The notes beneath the pieces were generated by a model that saw only the letters and a program-made list of their open reading frames with translations, searched no databases and was not told the DNA's origin. This document shows, one piece after another, positions 27,808 through 37,066 of a DNA stretch of 64,000 nucleotides. This DNA is from Acidobacteriota bacterium. Its GTDB lineage: Bacteria; Acidobacteriota; UBA6911. Position 1 is the stretch's first letter, and each line of letters begins with the position of its first letter. The translations under genes and the position numbers were made by a program. The stretch spans positions 3,392,001 to 3,456,000 of the forward strand of contig OY761556.1 in the NCBI GenBank assembly GCA_963664705.1. The letters are read 5' to 3'.

Positions 27808-28491
27808 CTAGTTGAAAAGTCCGTATTTGAGGATGAAGTAAATTGCAGCAATCCCATCCTTCCAGCCGATCTTCTTCCCTTCTGAATAATCCCTGCCGCT
27901 GTATGAAATAGGCACTTCGTAGATTTTGCAGCCGGCCTTTGCCACTTTCGCAGTGAATTCCGGCTCAAATCCGAAACGGTTCTCACGGAACGATATCTTC
28001 TTCAGGATATCGGCGCGAAATACTTTATAGCAGGTTTCCATGTCAGTCAGATTCAGGTCGGTAATCATGTTCGACAGGGTTGTCAGGACCCGATTCCCAA
28101 CCGAATGCCAGAAGAGGAGCACACGATGCGGTCCGCCGAGAAACCTGGAGCCAAAAACTACATCGGCCTTATTGGCCAGGATAGGCTGAATCAGGTTCAC
28201 ATACTCCGCGGGATCGTATTCCAGATCCGCATCCTGAATAACAACAATATCGCCGGTAACGGCGGCAAATCCTGCTCTCAGAGCTGCACCCTTCCCCTGA
28301 TTCTTCGGCTGCAGCAGGATCTTCAGGTCGTCCGCAGCTGCTATCTTCAGGAGGATCTCCCGGGTGCCGTCCGTTGAAAAATCGTCGACAACAATCACTT
28401 CTTTCGAATAATCCACCTTCTGTACGCGGCTGAGGAGTTCAAGAATTGTCGTCTTTTCGTTATAGACAGGGATCACTATCGATAGTTTCAT
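27808..28491 (-). CDS. GT2, DPM-synthase-like polyprenyl-phosphate glycosyltransferase
   Basis: [59 protein letters not shown]. Confidence 0.92.
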   Translation of the reverse strand: MKLSIVIPVYNEKTTILELLSRVQKVDYSKEVIVVDDFSTDGTREILLKIAAADDLKILLQPKNQGKGAALRAGFAAVTGDIVVIQDADLEYDPAEYVNLIQPILANKADVVFGSRFLGGPHRVLLFWHSVGNRVLTTLSNMITDLNLTDMETCYKVFRADILKKISFRENRFGFEPEFTAKVAKAGCKIYEVPISYSGRDYSEGKKIGWKDGIAAIYFILKYGLFN

Positions 28492-28642
28492 GTAACGTGT
28501 CCGACGAAATAGATATAATGATCGATGGATTCTATGTCCCGTGGTTTTCTTCCTGTTCGGCAGCTGGGATTTAGCTTTTTGCTGCGGACAAGAGGCACGG
28601 CAACGAACTCGCGTGAAACAATAGACTACCCGTTTTGTATCT

Positions 28643-29677
28643 ATGAATTCCACAACGAATTTGCCGACAATTTCGGTGATCATCCCAAACCACAACGGCT
28701 CGGGATTTCTTGACAGATGCCTAAAATCACTTCGGTTGCAGACCGTCGGGAGTCTGGAAATCATCGTGGTGGATAATGCCTCGCGGGACAACTCCATCGA
28801 GGTAATCCGGGCCAATCAGGCAATCGCAATTCAGAACGAAAGGAATCTTGGTTTCGCCGGCGCCGTCAACGTGGGAATACATGCAGCCAGGGGCGAATGG
28901 GTGGCCATCCTGAACAATGACACGGAACTACCGCCCAATTGGTTTGCGGAATGTACCAGGGGGATTCAATCGCATGCCGATGCCGCATTCCTGACCTGCA
29001 AGATTCTGGATTTTACTCATCGCAATAGAATCTACAGTGCGGGCGACTGCTGCCTGCGCGCAGGCATCGGGTATCGGCGCGGGCAAGAACTCCCTGACCG
29101 GCCGGAGTTCAGCCGGGAATGTCTGATTTTTTCCGCTTCGGGATGCGCCGCCCTGTATCGACGCGACATACTGCTTCAGCTTGGATGCTTTGACGAACGC
29201 TTTTTCGCATATCTCGAAGATGTCGATCTGGGTCTGAGGCTGCAGGCTGCGGGCTATTATGGTTATTATCTTCCGCGTGCACAGGTCTTTCATGTTGGAT
29301 CCGGAACCAGTGGAGGAGAATTTTCCTCCCTTGCAGTCCGGCTGCGGACGCGCAATTCCCTTTTGCTGCTGCTCAAAAGCTTTCCTGGAACTATCCTGTT
29401 GAGATCCCTTCCAATGGTTGCTTTCATGCAGCTATCCTGGGCATTACGAGTCGCGGCTCATTGGCGGCTGGGTTCGTACCTGCGCGGGCTTATCGAGACG
29501 CTGCTGCTGATTCCAACCATGGCAAGGGCAAGGGCAGGCATGCGGCCGATGTGGAGACGATCAGGTCAACACCTTTGGCATGAGATCCTCAGATCGGAGG
29601 CTATGGCACGCCTGGATTTCATGGAACCGGAAGGGCATCATTCGGTATTTTTGAGGTTGTATTTTCGTTTGTTTTGA
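28643..29677 (+). CDS. GT2 glycosyltransferase
   Basis: [35 protein letters not shown]. Confidence 0.9.
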   Translation: MNSTTNLPTISVIIPNHNGSGFLDRCLKSLRLQTVGSLEIIVVDNASRDNSIEVIRANQAIAIQNERNLGFAGAVNVGIHAARGEWVAILNNDTELPPNWFAECTRGIQSHADAAFLTCKILDFTHRNRIYSAGDCCLRAGIGYRRGQELPDRPEFSRECLIFSASGCAALYRRDILLQLGCFDERFFAYLEDVDLGLRLQAAGYYGYYLPRAQVFHVGSGTSGGEFSSLAVRLRTRNSLLLLLKSFPGTILLRSLPMVAFMQLSWALRVAAHWRLGSYLRGLIETLLLIPTMARARAGMRPMWRRSGQHLWHEILRSEAMARLDFMEPEGHHSVFLRLYFRLF

Positions 29678-29723
29678 CGGTTATGGTTTTTTATTTGCAA
29701 ACTCCCGGGTTAAAAAATAAACC

Positions 29724-30650
29724 GTGATATCCATTGTCATCGTAAACTGGAATTCCGGGCCGTTGCTGGAGCGATGCGTGCGTTCTGTACTCAAGAATGC
29801 CGCAGAGACACAGATAATCGTCGTGGATAACGCATCCACTGATGACAGCCTGCACTTTGCCCAAAGTCTGCAAAATTCGGTATTGGTTCTTCGCAATGAG
29901 AGAAACATGGGATTTGCAGCCGCAAATAACCTCGGGTGGAGCGTAAGCAATGGCGACCCGGTCCTGTTTCTCAATCCCGACATCGAATGTTACTCAGAAT
30001 CAATCAGCCAGCTGGAGAAAACGCTTAAGGCCGATGATGCCCTCTGGGCGGTGGGAGGCCGGCTGATCGGATTATCCGGCAGTCCGCAAACCGGATTCAA
30101 TGTCCGTGCCTTCCCCACCATCGGAAGTGTGGCGGCCGAATCGCTTTTTCTGGATGAGATATGGAAATCCAACCCCTGGACCGGAGCCAATAATATCGAC
30201 AACGATACCGAAATAGACGTGGATCAACCAGCCGCGGCCTGTTTGATGATTTGCCGGGATGCACTGGAGGTTATCGACGGTTTCGACGAAGGCTTCTATC
30301 CAGCATGGTTCGAGGATGTGGATTTATGCCGGAGGATTCGCACCCAGGGAGGCCGCATTCGATATCAGCCGAAAGCCAGGTTCCTGCATCACGGGGGGCA
30401 CAGTCTGAAGCGATTATCCAGGCAGGAATTCCTGGAATCATTTCATCGCAATCAGATTCGGTACTTTTTCAAGCATCATGGAACGCGTTCGGCAGCCCGG
30501 GTGAGAAGACTGGCGACCGTTGGACTGCTTCTCCGAAGCGCGCTTTCCATCGCATTCCCGTTGGCACCGGGCTATTCCAGGATGGCCTCAGCCAGAGCCT
30601 ACTGGAATGCCGCCCGGACCATATCCCGGCCGGGAAAGGTCACGGCATGA
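29724..30650 (+). CDS. GT2 glycosyltransferase (WbbL/rhamnosyltransferase-like)
   Basis: SIVIVNWNS, VDNASTD, NMGFAAANN, FLNPD, WFEDVDLC, HHGGHS. Confidence 0.88.
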   Translation: MISIVIVNWNSGPLLERCVRSVLKNAAETQIIVVDNASTDDSLHFAQSLQNSVLVLRNERNMGFAAANNLGWSVSNGDPVLFLNPDIECYSESISQLEKTLKADDALWAVGGRLIGLSGSPQTGFNVRAFPTIGSVAAESLFLDEIWKSNPWTGANNIDNDTEIDVDQPAAACLMICRDALEVIDGFDEGFYPAWFEDVDLCRRIRTQGGRIRYQPKARFLHHGGHSLKRLSRQEFLESFHRNQIRYFFKHHGTRSAARVRRLATVGLLLRSALSIAFPLAPGYSRMASARAYWNAARTISRPGKVTA

Positions 30651-31654
30651 AGCGGTCGCGGGTAGCGGTCAATATTGTTTCCTACAACTCGGATCGATAT
30701 TTGGAATCCTGCCTTCAGAGTCTGAAAGCTCAGACATTTCGGGATTTCTCGATATCGATATGGGACAACGCATCGCGGGACGCCACCCACGCCATCATCC
30801 TGGCGCACCAGGATCAGCTGGATTTCTACAATTTTTCCAAGGAGAACCTGGGGTTTTGCAAAGCCCATAATCGGCTTATCCGGGAAACGGTTTCCGATTA
30901 CACGCTTGTGCTGAATCCCGATGTGATTCTGGCCCCCGATTTCCTGGAACGCATTGTGAGTGAAATGGAACTCCATCCCGAGGCCGGATCCGCAACCGGC
31001 AAACTATTTCGCCAGACAGCCCTGCCCTATGCGGAACAACAATCAGCCGCGCAGAAAATACTCGACAGCACCGGCATGTATTTCACGCCAAACCAGCGTC
31101 ATTTTGATCGAGGTTCCGGCGAAGTGGATCAGGGTCAGTTCGACAAAATGGAATATGTGTTCGGAGCCTCGGGTGCAGCAGCTTTCTATCGTCGAACCAT
31201 GCTCGATGATCTCCGCTACGAAGCGGAATACTTCGATGAGAGTTTTTTTGCATATCGGGAGGATGCGGATCTGGCGTGGCGAGCGTTATGGCTGGGCTGG
31301 AAATGCCTTTATGTTCCCGATGCAATTGCCTATCATGCCAGGCAGGTTCTTCCGAAAAACCGCTCGACCTATCCGGACATCGTCAACATGCACTCTTTTA
31401 AGAACCGATTCCTGCTGCGGGCAAAAAATATGGATGGAGGAACCTGGCTGCGTTTCCTGATACCGATCACGATACGTGATCTGGCCGCGCTGTCCTACGT
31501 TCTGTTGAGGGAGCATGCATCGCTTCGAGCCATACCGCTATTGCTTCGTACCCTGCCGCGTGCATTGGCATGGCGCAAATCCATTCAATCCCGCAAGCGT
31601 GTCTCCGCCACCGACCTCCGCCGCTGGTTTAAAATTGAATCAACTCTCGGCTAA
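30647..31654 (+). CDS. GT2 glycosyltransferase
   Basis: Start MKRSRV at 30647 (ATGA overlap); NIVSYNS, WDNAS, LNPDV, YREDADLAWR. Confidence 0.88.
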   Translation: MKRSRVAVNIVSYNSDRYLESCLQSLKAQTFRDFSISIWDNASRDATHAIILAHQDQLDFYNFSKENLGFCKAHNRLIRETVSDYTLVLNPDVILAPDFLERIVSEMELHPEAGSATGKLFRQTALPYAEQQSAAQKILDSTGMYFTPNQRHFDRGSGEVDQGQFDKMEYVFGASGAAAFYRRTMLDDLRYEAEYFDESFFAYREDADLAWRALWLGWKCLYVPDAIAYHARQVLPKNRSTYPDIVNMHSFKNRFLLRAKNMDGGTWLRFLIPITIRDLAALSYVLLREHASLRAIPLLLRTLPRALAWRKSIQSRKRVSATDLRRWFKIESTLG

Positions 31655-31708
31655 TATGCGGCTTTGGGGCGTCGCTTAAAGAAATATGCGCATGCAACCC
31701 GACGCCAA

Positions 31709-32755
31709 TCAGCAGAGGCGGAGATCGGCAAAGGCATTCAGTTGAAGGTCAAAGGAAACTGGCTGGAGTAGTTTTGGCGTACCCGCGGCTGCGATCATGG
31801 CAGCGTTATCGGTCGTAAAGATCGGGCTGGGATAATACACGCGGACGGGTATCTCATATTCCTTTTTTGCCGTCTCTGTTTCGAAAACGCGCTTGAAAGC
31901 CGCGCGCAAATGGCTGTTGCAAGCCACGCCGCCCACCAGCAGGATGGAACGCGGGTGCAGCTTACTTACAGCTTTCTGAGTCTGGCGCAGCAGGGTATCG
32001 ATGATTGCCTGCTGATAGCTGGATACAAGATCCAGTATCGGTCTGGTTATTTTTGAGCCGGGACGTCGCGGCTGGATGCCGGATTGCTGGATGTAACGCA
32101 GGGCTGCCGTTTTGAATCCGCTAAAACTGAAGTCGAGGCTTCCATCGCTGATCTTCGGGATTGAAAAAGGGAATTTTTGCGCATCTCCTTCGCCGGCAAG
32201 CCGATCGATGATCGGCCCTCCGGGGTAACCAAGGCCAAGAAATTTTGCCACTTTGTCCAACGCCTCTCCTGCCGCGTCGTCCCTGGCCCTTCCAATCGAT
32301 TGGTAGTGGCCAGGCTCCGGGGAGTAAATCAGCGAAGTATGTCCGCCGGAAACGACAAGCGCCAACAGTGGATATTCGATCTGTGGGTTCTCAATAAAAG
32401 CGGAAAAAATGTGGCCTTCGGTATGATTTACAGGAACCAGCGGCTTCCGGATTGAAAAGGCCATTGCCTTCGCATAGGAAACGCCGACCAGGAGTGAACC
32501 GATGAGCCCTGGTCCCTGAGTCACGGCGATGCCATCGATGTCTTCCTGCCTCTTGCCGGCTTCCCGAAAGGCCTGTTGGACAACATAGCCTATATTGCGC
32601 AGGTGCTCGCGGCTGGCAAGTTCAGGCACCACCCCGCCAAAGCTTCTGTGCGTTTTTATCTGCGATGCCACAACATTGGACAGAACGGTATGGCCGTCCT
32701 CGACAAGCGAGGCCGCCGTTTCGTCGCATGAAGACTCAATTCCCAATACGAGCAT
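31709..32755 (-). CDS. tsaD: tRNA N6-threonylcarbamoyladenosine transferase
   Basis: LGIESSCDET, GGVVPELASREH, NHTEGH, VSGGHT, DDAAGEALDK, TDNAAMIA. Confidence 0.96.
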   Translation of the reverse strand: MLVLGIESSCDETAASLVEDGHTVLSNVVASQIKTHRSFGGVVPELASREHLRNIGYVVQQAFREAGKRQEDIDGIAVTQGPGLIGSLLVGVSYAKAMAFSIRKPLVPVNHTEGHIFSAFIENPQIEYPLLALVVSGGHTSLIYSPEPGHYQSIGRARDDAAGEALDKVAKFLGLGYPGGPIIDRLAGEGDAQKFPFSIPKISDGSLDFSFSGFKTAALRYIQQSGIQPRRPGSKITRPILDLVSSYQQAIIDTLLRQTQKAVSKLHPRSILLVGGVACNSHLRAAFKRVFETETAKKEYEIPVRVYYPSPIFTTDNAAMIAAAGTPKLLQPVSFDLQLNAFADLRLC

Positions 32756-32794
32756 TGCACCGACACCTTGATTTCAAGGATACTTCCGGAATCC

Positions 32795-33832
32795 TTATAT
32801 CTTTTCGAGTTTTTTCAGCGATTCGCCATACGGAGGACGGGCAACGCCCCGTTCGGTAATAATCGCGCTCACATAGCGGTTTGGTGTGACATCAAAGGCG
32901 GGGTTCGCCACACGCATATTCACCGGAGTGATGTCGATCCCCTTGATTTTGCGCACTTCATCCGGATTTCGCTCTTCAATAGGAATGTGACTTCCGTCCG
33001 GGATGGATAAATCCATGGTTGAAAAAGGAGCGGCGACATAAAAAGGCACTCCGTTTTCCTTCGCGAGAACCGCTACGCCATAGGTACCGATCTTGTTGGC
33101 TACATCGCCGTTTGCCGCAATTCGATCCGCGCCGACAACAACGCAATCGATCTTCCCCTTCTGCATGAAATGCCCAGCCATATTATCCGTTATGACCGTT
33201 ACCGGAATCCGGTCCTTCTCCAGTTCCCATGCGGTCAGCCGCGCTCCCTGTAGAAATGGGCGCGTCTCATCGGCATAGACCTGGATGTCCTTGCCTGCTT
33301 CAGCCGCCGCCCGGATAACACCCAATGCCGTCCCGTAGCCCGCCGTTGCCAACGCGCCCGCATTGCAGTGAGTCAGGATCAGTGCTTTGCCGGGAATCAA
33401 TTCCTGCCCCCAACGGCCGATGGCGCGGTTCGCTTCGATGTCTTCCGAGTGCATCGTCACGGATTCGCGGATCAGTGCCGACCTTGCCGCATCAATACCC
33501 TTTGCATGTTCGCGCCGGTAAACAGCCTTCATGCGCTCAACCGCCCAGAAAAGATTTACAGCCGTCGGCCGCGTAGATTGAATATCGTGGCATATCTTTT
33601 CAAAGATCGAGTCCAGCTCTGAAATGCTTTTGGGGTCCGCGACTTTCACTCCCAGAGCTATTCCCATGGCCGCAGCCACGCCAATTGCCGGAGCGCCACG
33701 AATGACCATGCTTCGAATCGCTTCCGCAACTTCCGAATGACTTGTATAGGTGTGATAAATTTCCTCGCCGGGTAAAAGCGTCTGGTCCAGCATGACCACC
33801 CCGGATTCAGTCCATTCGATTGTCTTGATCAT
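32795..33832 (-). CDS. mtnA: S-methyl-5-thioribose-1-phosphate isomerase
   Basis: [57 protein letters not shown]. Confidence 0.95.
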   Translation of the reverse strand: MIKTIEWTESGVVMLDQTLLPGEEIYHTYTSHSEVAEAIRSMVIRGAPAIGVAAAMGIALGVKVADPKSISELDSIFEKICHDIQSTRPTAVNLFWAVERMKAVYRREHAKGIDAARSALIRESVTMHSEDIEANRAIGRWGQELIPGKALILTHCNAGALATAGYGTALGVIRAAAEAGKDIQVYADETRPFLQGARLTAWELEKDRIPVTVITDNMAGHFMQKGKIDCVVVGADRIAANGDVANKIGTYGVAVLAKENGVPFYVAAPFSTMDLSIPDGSHIPIEERNPDEVRKIKGIDITPVNMRVANPAFDVTPNRYVSAIITERGVARPPYGESLKKLEKI

Positions 33833-33953
33833 AAGAGTCCTCGGCAAAAGGCGAAGTCTAGCGCACCTGGTACTCTTTTTGAACAGTTGCTTTCGGGTTA
33901 CACGGGCATCCTGCGACTTGCGGGTCCGCAAACAACAAGACCTTTAGTTTGCT

Positions 33954-33983
33954 TTGACAGACAAATGCCTGCGGTGATATATG
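33954..33983 (+). promoter_or_regulatory. Putative sigma-70 promoter of the riboswitch-btu operon
   Basis: TTGACA-N18-TATATG with an extended TG, about 30 nt upstream of the riboswitch. Confidence 0.45.
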
Positions 33984-34011
33984 TATGCTTCTTTTTATTG
34001 ATCTCTGAAAT

Positions 34012-34205
34012 ACGAACACGGTGCCCCATAGGGGGGTAAAAGGGAAGTGGGTGCAAATCCCACACGGTCCCGCCACTGTAATCGGAAAGCCGGATTCTGC
34101 GGCCTTAGTAGCAATATTCAAGCGCCCGCCACTCGTTGCAGATACTGAACGGGGAAGGCGAGAAATCCGGTGACGACCCGTTAGTCAGGAAACCTGCCTG
34201 TTCGC
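34012..34205 (+). ncRNA. Cobalamin riboswitch
   Basis: AAAAGGGAAGTGGGTGCAAATCCCACACGGTCCCGCCACTGT, GCCACT..GGGAAGGC, B12-box AGTCAGGAAACCTGCC; P1 pairing CGAACA/TGTTCG; upstream of a B12 transport operon. Confidence 0.95.
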
Positions 34206-34242
34206 CAGTTTCAGTCGGCTCTTCGTGAGAAAGAGACCTGAA

Positions 34243-35217
34243 ATGCCGCTTAGCAAGCCATTTCCCCAAAATTTCCACTCCATTGATTCGTCGCGTATTT
34301 TCGGAAGCGGCATCGCCGCGCTTTTGCTTGCGCTTGCTGTCAGCATTGGCGGAATCGGATGCAGTCGGAATCATCCTCCCAAGCCTAAAGACAGTCCATT
34401 GGAAAAGGTTGTCTACACCGATGGCATCGGCAGAAAGGTCTCGATTGTCAGGCACCCGACTCGAATTATTTCGTTGGCCCCTGATGTCACGGAAACTCTT
34501 TATTTGCTGGGTGCCCAGGATCGCCTGATTGGAAATACGACATGGTGCAATTGGCCGGAAGCCGCCAAACACAAACCCAAGATCGGCGATCTGCTGAATC
34601 CCAACTATGAAATGATCCTCGCGGCAAAACCGGACCTGGTGATTGCCTCCACGGCAGGAAACCAGGAAGGATCCGTGATGAAGCTCGCCGGACTCGGACT
34701 TCCCGTCTTTGTATCCGCGCCACGTTCCGTCGAAAAGATCTTCCAGTCTGTGGAGGAACTCGGACGCGTTACCGACTGCTCGGCCCAGGGCTCCCAGCTA
34801 CTGGCTCAAATGAAAGCCCGCCTGGACAGGGTACAAAAACGGATCGAGGGACTCCCCCCAATCCGCGCCTTTTTTATCACCTGGTTCGATCCTCTGCTGG
34901 CGCCTGGCAAGGACACTTTTGAGACTGAAGCCATTCGCCTGGCGGGCGTCATTTCCATAACCGCGGGTATCAACCAATTCTATCCGCGATACAGCCTTGA
35001 GCAGGTCCTCGTCAACAATCCCGACGTCATTCTGACCGTGGAGCACAAAGGCGATCCCATCCCTGACCTGAAAAAAATGGCCGGCTGGAAAGACCTGCGC
35101 GCTGTAAAGGAAGGCAAGGTCTTCTTCCTGGGAGAGTTTCTACAACATCCTTCTCCGTTGTTTTTGGACGGGGTTGAGGAATTGGCACAAAAACTTCATC
35201 CGGAGCGCTTTAAATGA
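34243..35217 (+). CDS. btuF: Cobalamin ABC transporter substrate-binding lipoprotein
   Basis: Lipobox-like GIGC, RIISLAPDVTETLY, PNYEMILAAKPDLV, LRAVKEGKV; follows the riboswitch. Confidence 0.85.
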   Translation: MPLSKPFPQNFHSIDSSRIFGSGIAALLLALAVSIGGIGCSRNHPPKPKDSPLEKVVYTDGIGRKVSIVRHPTRIISLAPDVTETLYLLGAQDRLIGNTTWCNWPEAAKHKPKIGDLLNPNYEMILAAKPDLVIASTAGNQEGSVMKLAGLGLPVFVSAPRSVEKIFQSVEELGRVTDCSAQGSQLLAQMKARLDRVQKRIEGLPPIRAFFITWFDPLLAPGKDTFETEAIRLAGVISITAGINQFYPRYSLEQVLVNNPDVILTVEHKGDPIPDLKKMAGWKDLRAVKEGKVFFLGEFLQHPSPLFLDGVEELAQKLHPERFK

Positions 35218-36266
35218 ATCGCCTCTCGAGGGGCAGGATCTTCTTTGCAAGTCTTGTCTTGCTGTGCATCTGGTTCCTGGCCGCACTTCTGTCGCTAAAC
35301 ATAGGCAGCGTTCGCATCCCGGTCGGCACCTCAGTTCGACTTATCACGGGATTGGTCACTGGAGCGGACACCAGTGGGGATCCGCTGGCAGCCGTGCTTT
35401 TTTCCGTGCGACTGCCTCGCGTATTGCTGGGATCACTGGTGGGCGCGGCATTGGCAACGGCGGGGGCGGCTTTCCAATCGCTGCTCCGGAATCCCCTGGC
35501 AGATCCCTATGTTCTCGGCGTTTCAACCGGCGCTTCCATGGGAACAATCCTGTATTCACTTTTTGCCGGCTGGCTCGGCTTTGCCGCAGCCGGTGGCGGG
35601 TTGATCTTCGCACGCCCGCTGGCCGCATTTGGCGGCGCCGTGTTCACCGTTTGGGCTGTTTACATCATAGCCGGCACATCCTACCGCTCCAGTGAGAGCT
35701 CTCAGCGATTGCTGCTGGCGGGCATTGTGCTCGCTTCTTTTTTGTCCTCCATCAACGTCTTTCTTCTCACTAGCACAAGTCAGGCCGACATCCGCGGAAT
35801 ATTCTACTGGCTGATTGGCGACCTGAGCCGTCCGGTCGACGCGTCCATCTACCCCGTCACCGCCCTGGTCTTCGGCGGACTGTTTCTGCTCTATCTCTTC
35901 TCGCACAGCCTGAACCTGATAGGGATGGGTGAGACCGATGCCATGGTGCTCGGAGTCGAGGTGAAGCGGATTCGTACCTGCGTATATGTGATCGCTTCAT
36001 TGATTACCGGCGCGGTTGTTTCCGTCAGCGGGCCCATTGCGTATATAGGCCTGATCTGCCCGCACATGGCTCGCATGATCTTCGGCAGCGACAACCGGAT
36101 TCTCTTCCCGACTGTGTTTATCTTCGGGGCCATCTTCACTCTGCTTGCCGACACTTTGGCCAGAACCGTTCTTTCGCCCACCGAACTGCCGGTCGGAATT
36201 GTCACCGCCCTTTGCGGCGCCCCTCTGTTCATTTATCTCCTGCATCGAAAAGGAGCGACATCATGA
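35214..36266 (+). CDS. btuC: Cobalamin ABC transporter permease (FecCD family)
   Basis: VRLPRV, LRNPLADPYVLGVSTGA, GPIAYIGLICPH, ELPVG. Confidence 0.87.
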   Translation: MNRLSRGRIFFASLVLLCIWFLAALLSLNIGSVRIPVGTSVRLITGLVTGADTSGDPLAAVLFSVRLPRVLLGSLVGAALATAGAAFQSLLRNPLADPYVLGVSTGASMGTILYSLFAGWLGFAAAGGGLIFARPLAAFGGAVFTVWAVYIIAGTSYRSSESSQRLLLAGIVLASFLSSINVFLLTSTSQADIRGIFYWLIGDLSRPVDASIYPVTALVFGGLFLLYLFSHSLNLIGMGETDAMVLGVEVKRIRTCVYVIASLITGAVVSVSGPIAYIGLICPHMARMIFGSDNRILFPTVFIFGAIFTLLADTLARTVLSPTELPVGIVTALCGAPLFIYLLHRKGATS

Positions 36267-37066
36267 GCGAGGGACACGCTATGCTCGAGGCACGCAATGT
36301 CAGCTTCGATTACCATCGACCGATTCTTCGGGACGTCTCGTTTGCGCTGCAGCCCGGAACCGTTACGGGAATTATCGGGCCAAACGGATCCGGAAAGACA
36401 ACCATGCTGCGGCTGTTGGATGGGATTGTGCCTCCGCTTTCGGGCGAGATCCTACTCAACGGAAATCGTCCGCTCGCGAGCATGAAACGAAAAGAGATTG
36501 CGCGGCACATCGCTATGGTCCCCCAAAATGGCGGCGTTTATCTCTACCAGACAGTCTTTCAGTTTGCGATACAAGGCCGATCGCCGCATCTCTCCCTGCT
36601 GGGTTTTGAAAGCACGCGCGATGAGGAAATCGCGCTGGAAGCTTTGGAGATGACCCAGCTGACCAGGTACCTGGACTCCAAGGTATCTGAAATTTCAGGA
36701 GGCGAGAAACAGCGCCTTCTTCTTGCCCGCGCACTTGCGCAGCAAACCCAGATTCTGCTGCTTGACGAATTTACCGCAAATCTGGATATCAACTACCAGG
36801 TTGAACTCATGCGCCTGGTTCAAAGAATCACACGCGAGAGGAATCTCGCAACGCTTGTGGTATCCCATGAGATTAATCTGATGGGCACCTTTTGTGACAT
36901 TGCCATCCTGATGAGCAAAGGTCAGATTCGCCACAAAGGGCCGGTTAGTGATGTCTTGACGGAAGAGAATCTGAAACAAATATTCGGACTGGACTTCTCG
37001 GTTCGGCCGCTCCCCGGCGGTAAAGTCGAAGTCCTTCCGATCATAAACAAGGAAGTGCTTCAATGA
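36263..37066 (+). CDS. btuD: Cobalamin/iron-chelate ABC ATPase
   Basis: GPNGSGKT, ISGGEKQR, LLDEFT, VSHEINL; ATGA coupling. Confidence 0.85.
   Translation: MSEGHAMLEARNVSFDYHRPILRDVSFALQPGTVTGIIGPNGSGKTTMLRLLDGIVPPLSGEILLNGNRPLASMKRKEIARHIAMVPQNGGVYLYQTVFQFAIQGRSPHLSLLGFESTRDEEIALEALEMTQLTRYLDSKVSEISGGEKQRLLLARALAQQTQILLLDEFTANLDINYQVELMRLVQRITRERNLATLVVSHEINLMGTFCDIAILMSKGQIRHKGPVSDVLTEENLKQIFGLDFSVRPLPGGKVEVLPIINKEVLQ

Noticed and set aside
27532-27904. Repeat pair as a DGR template/variable repeat
   Set aside because: Mismatches are not adenine-specific on either strand, there is an indel, and there is no reverse transcriptase in the window.
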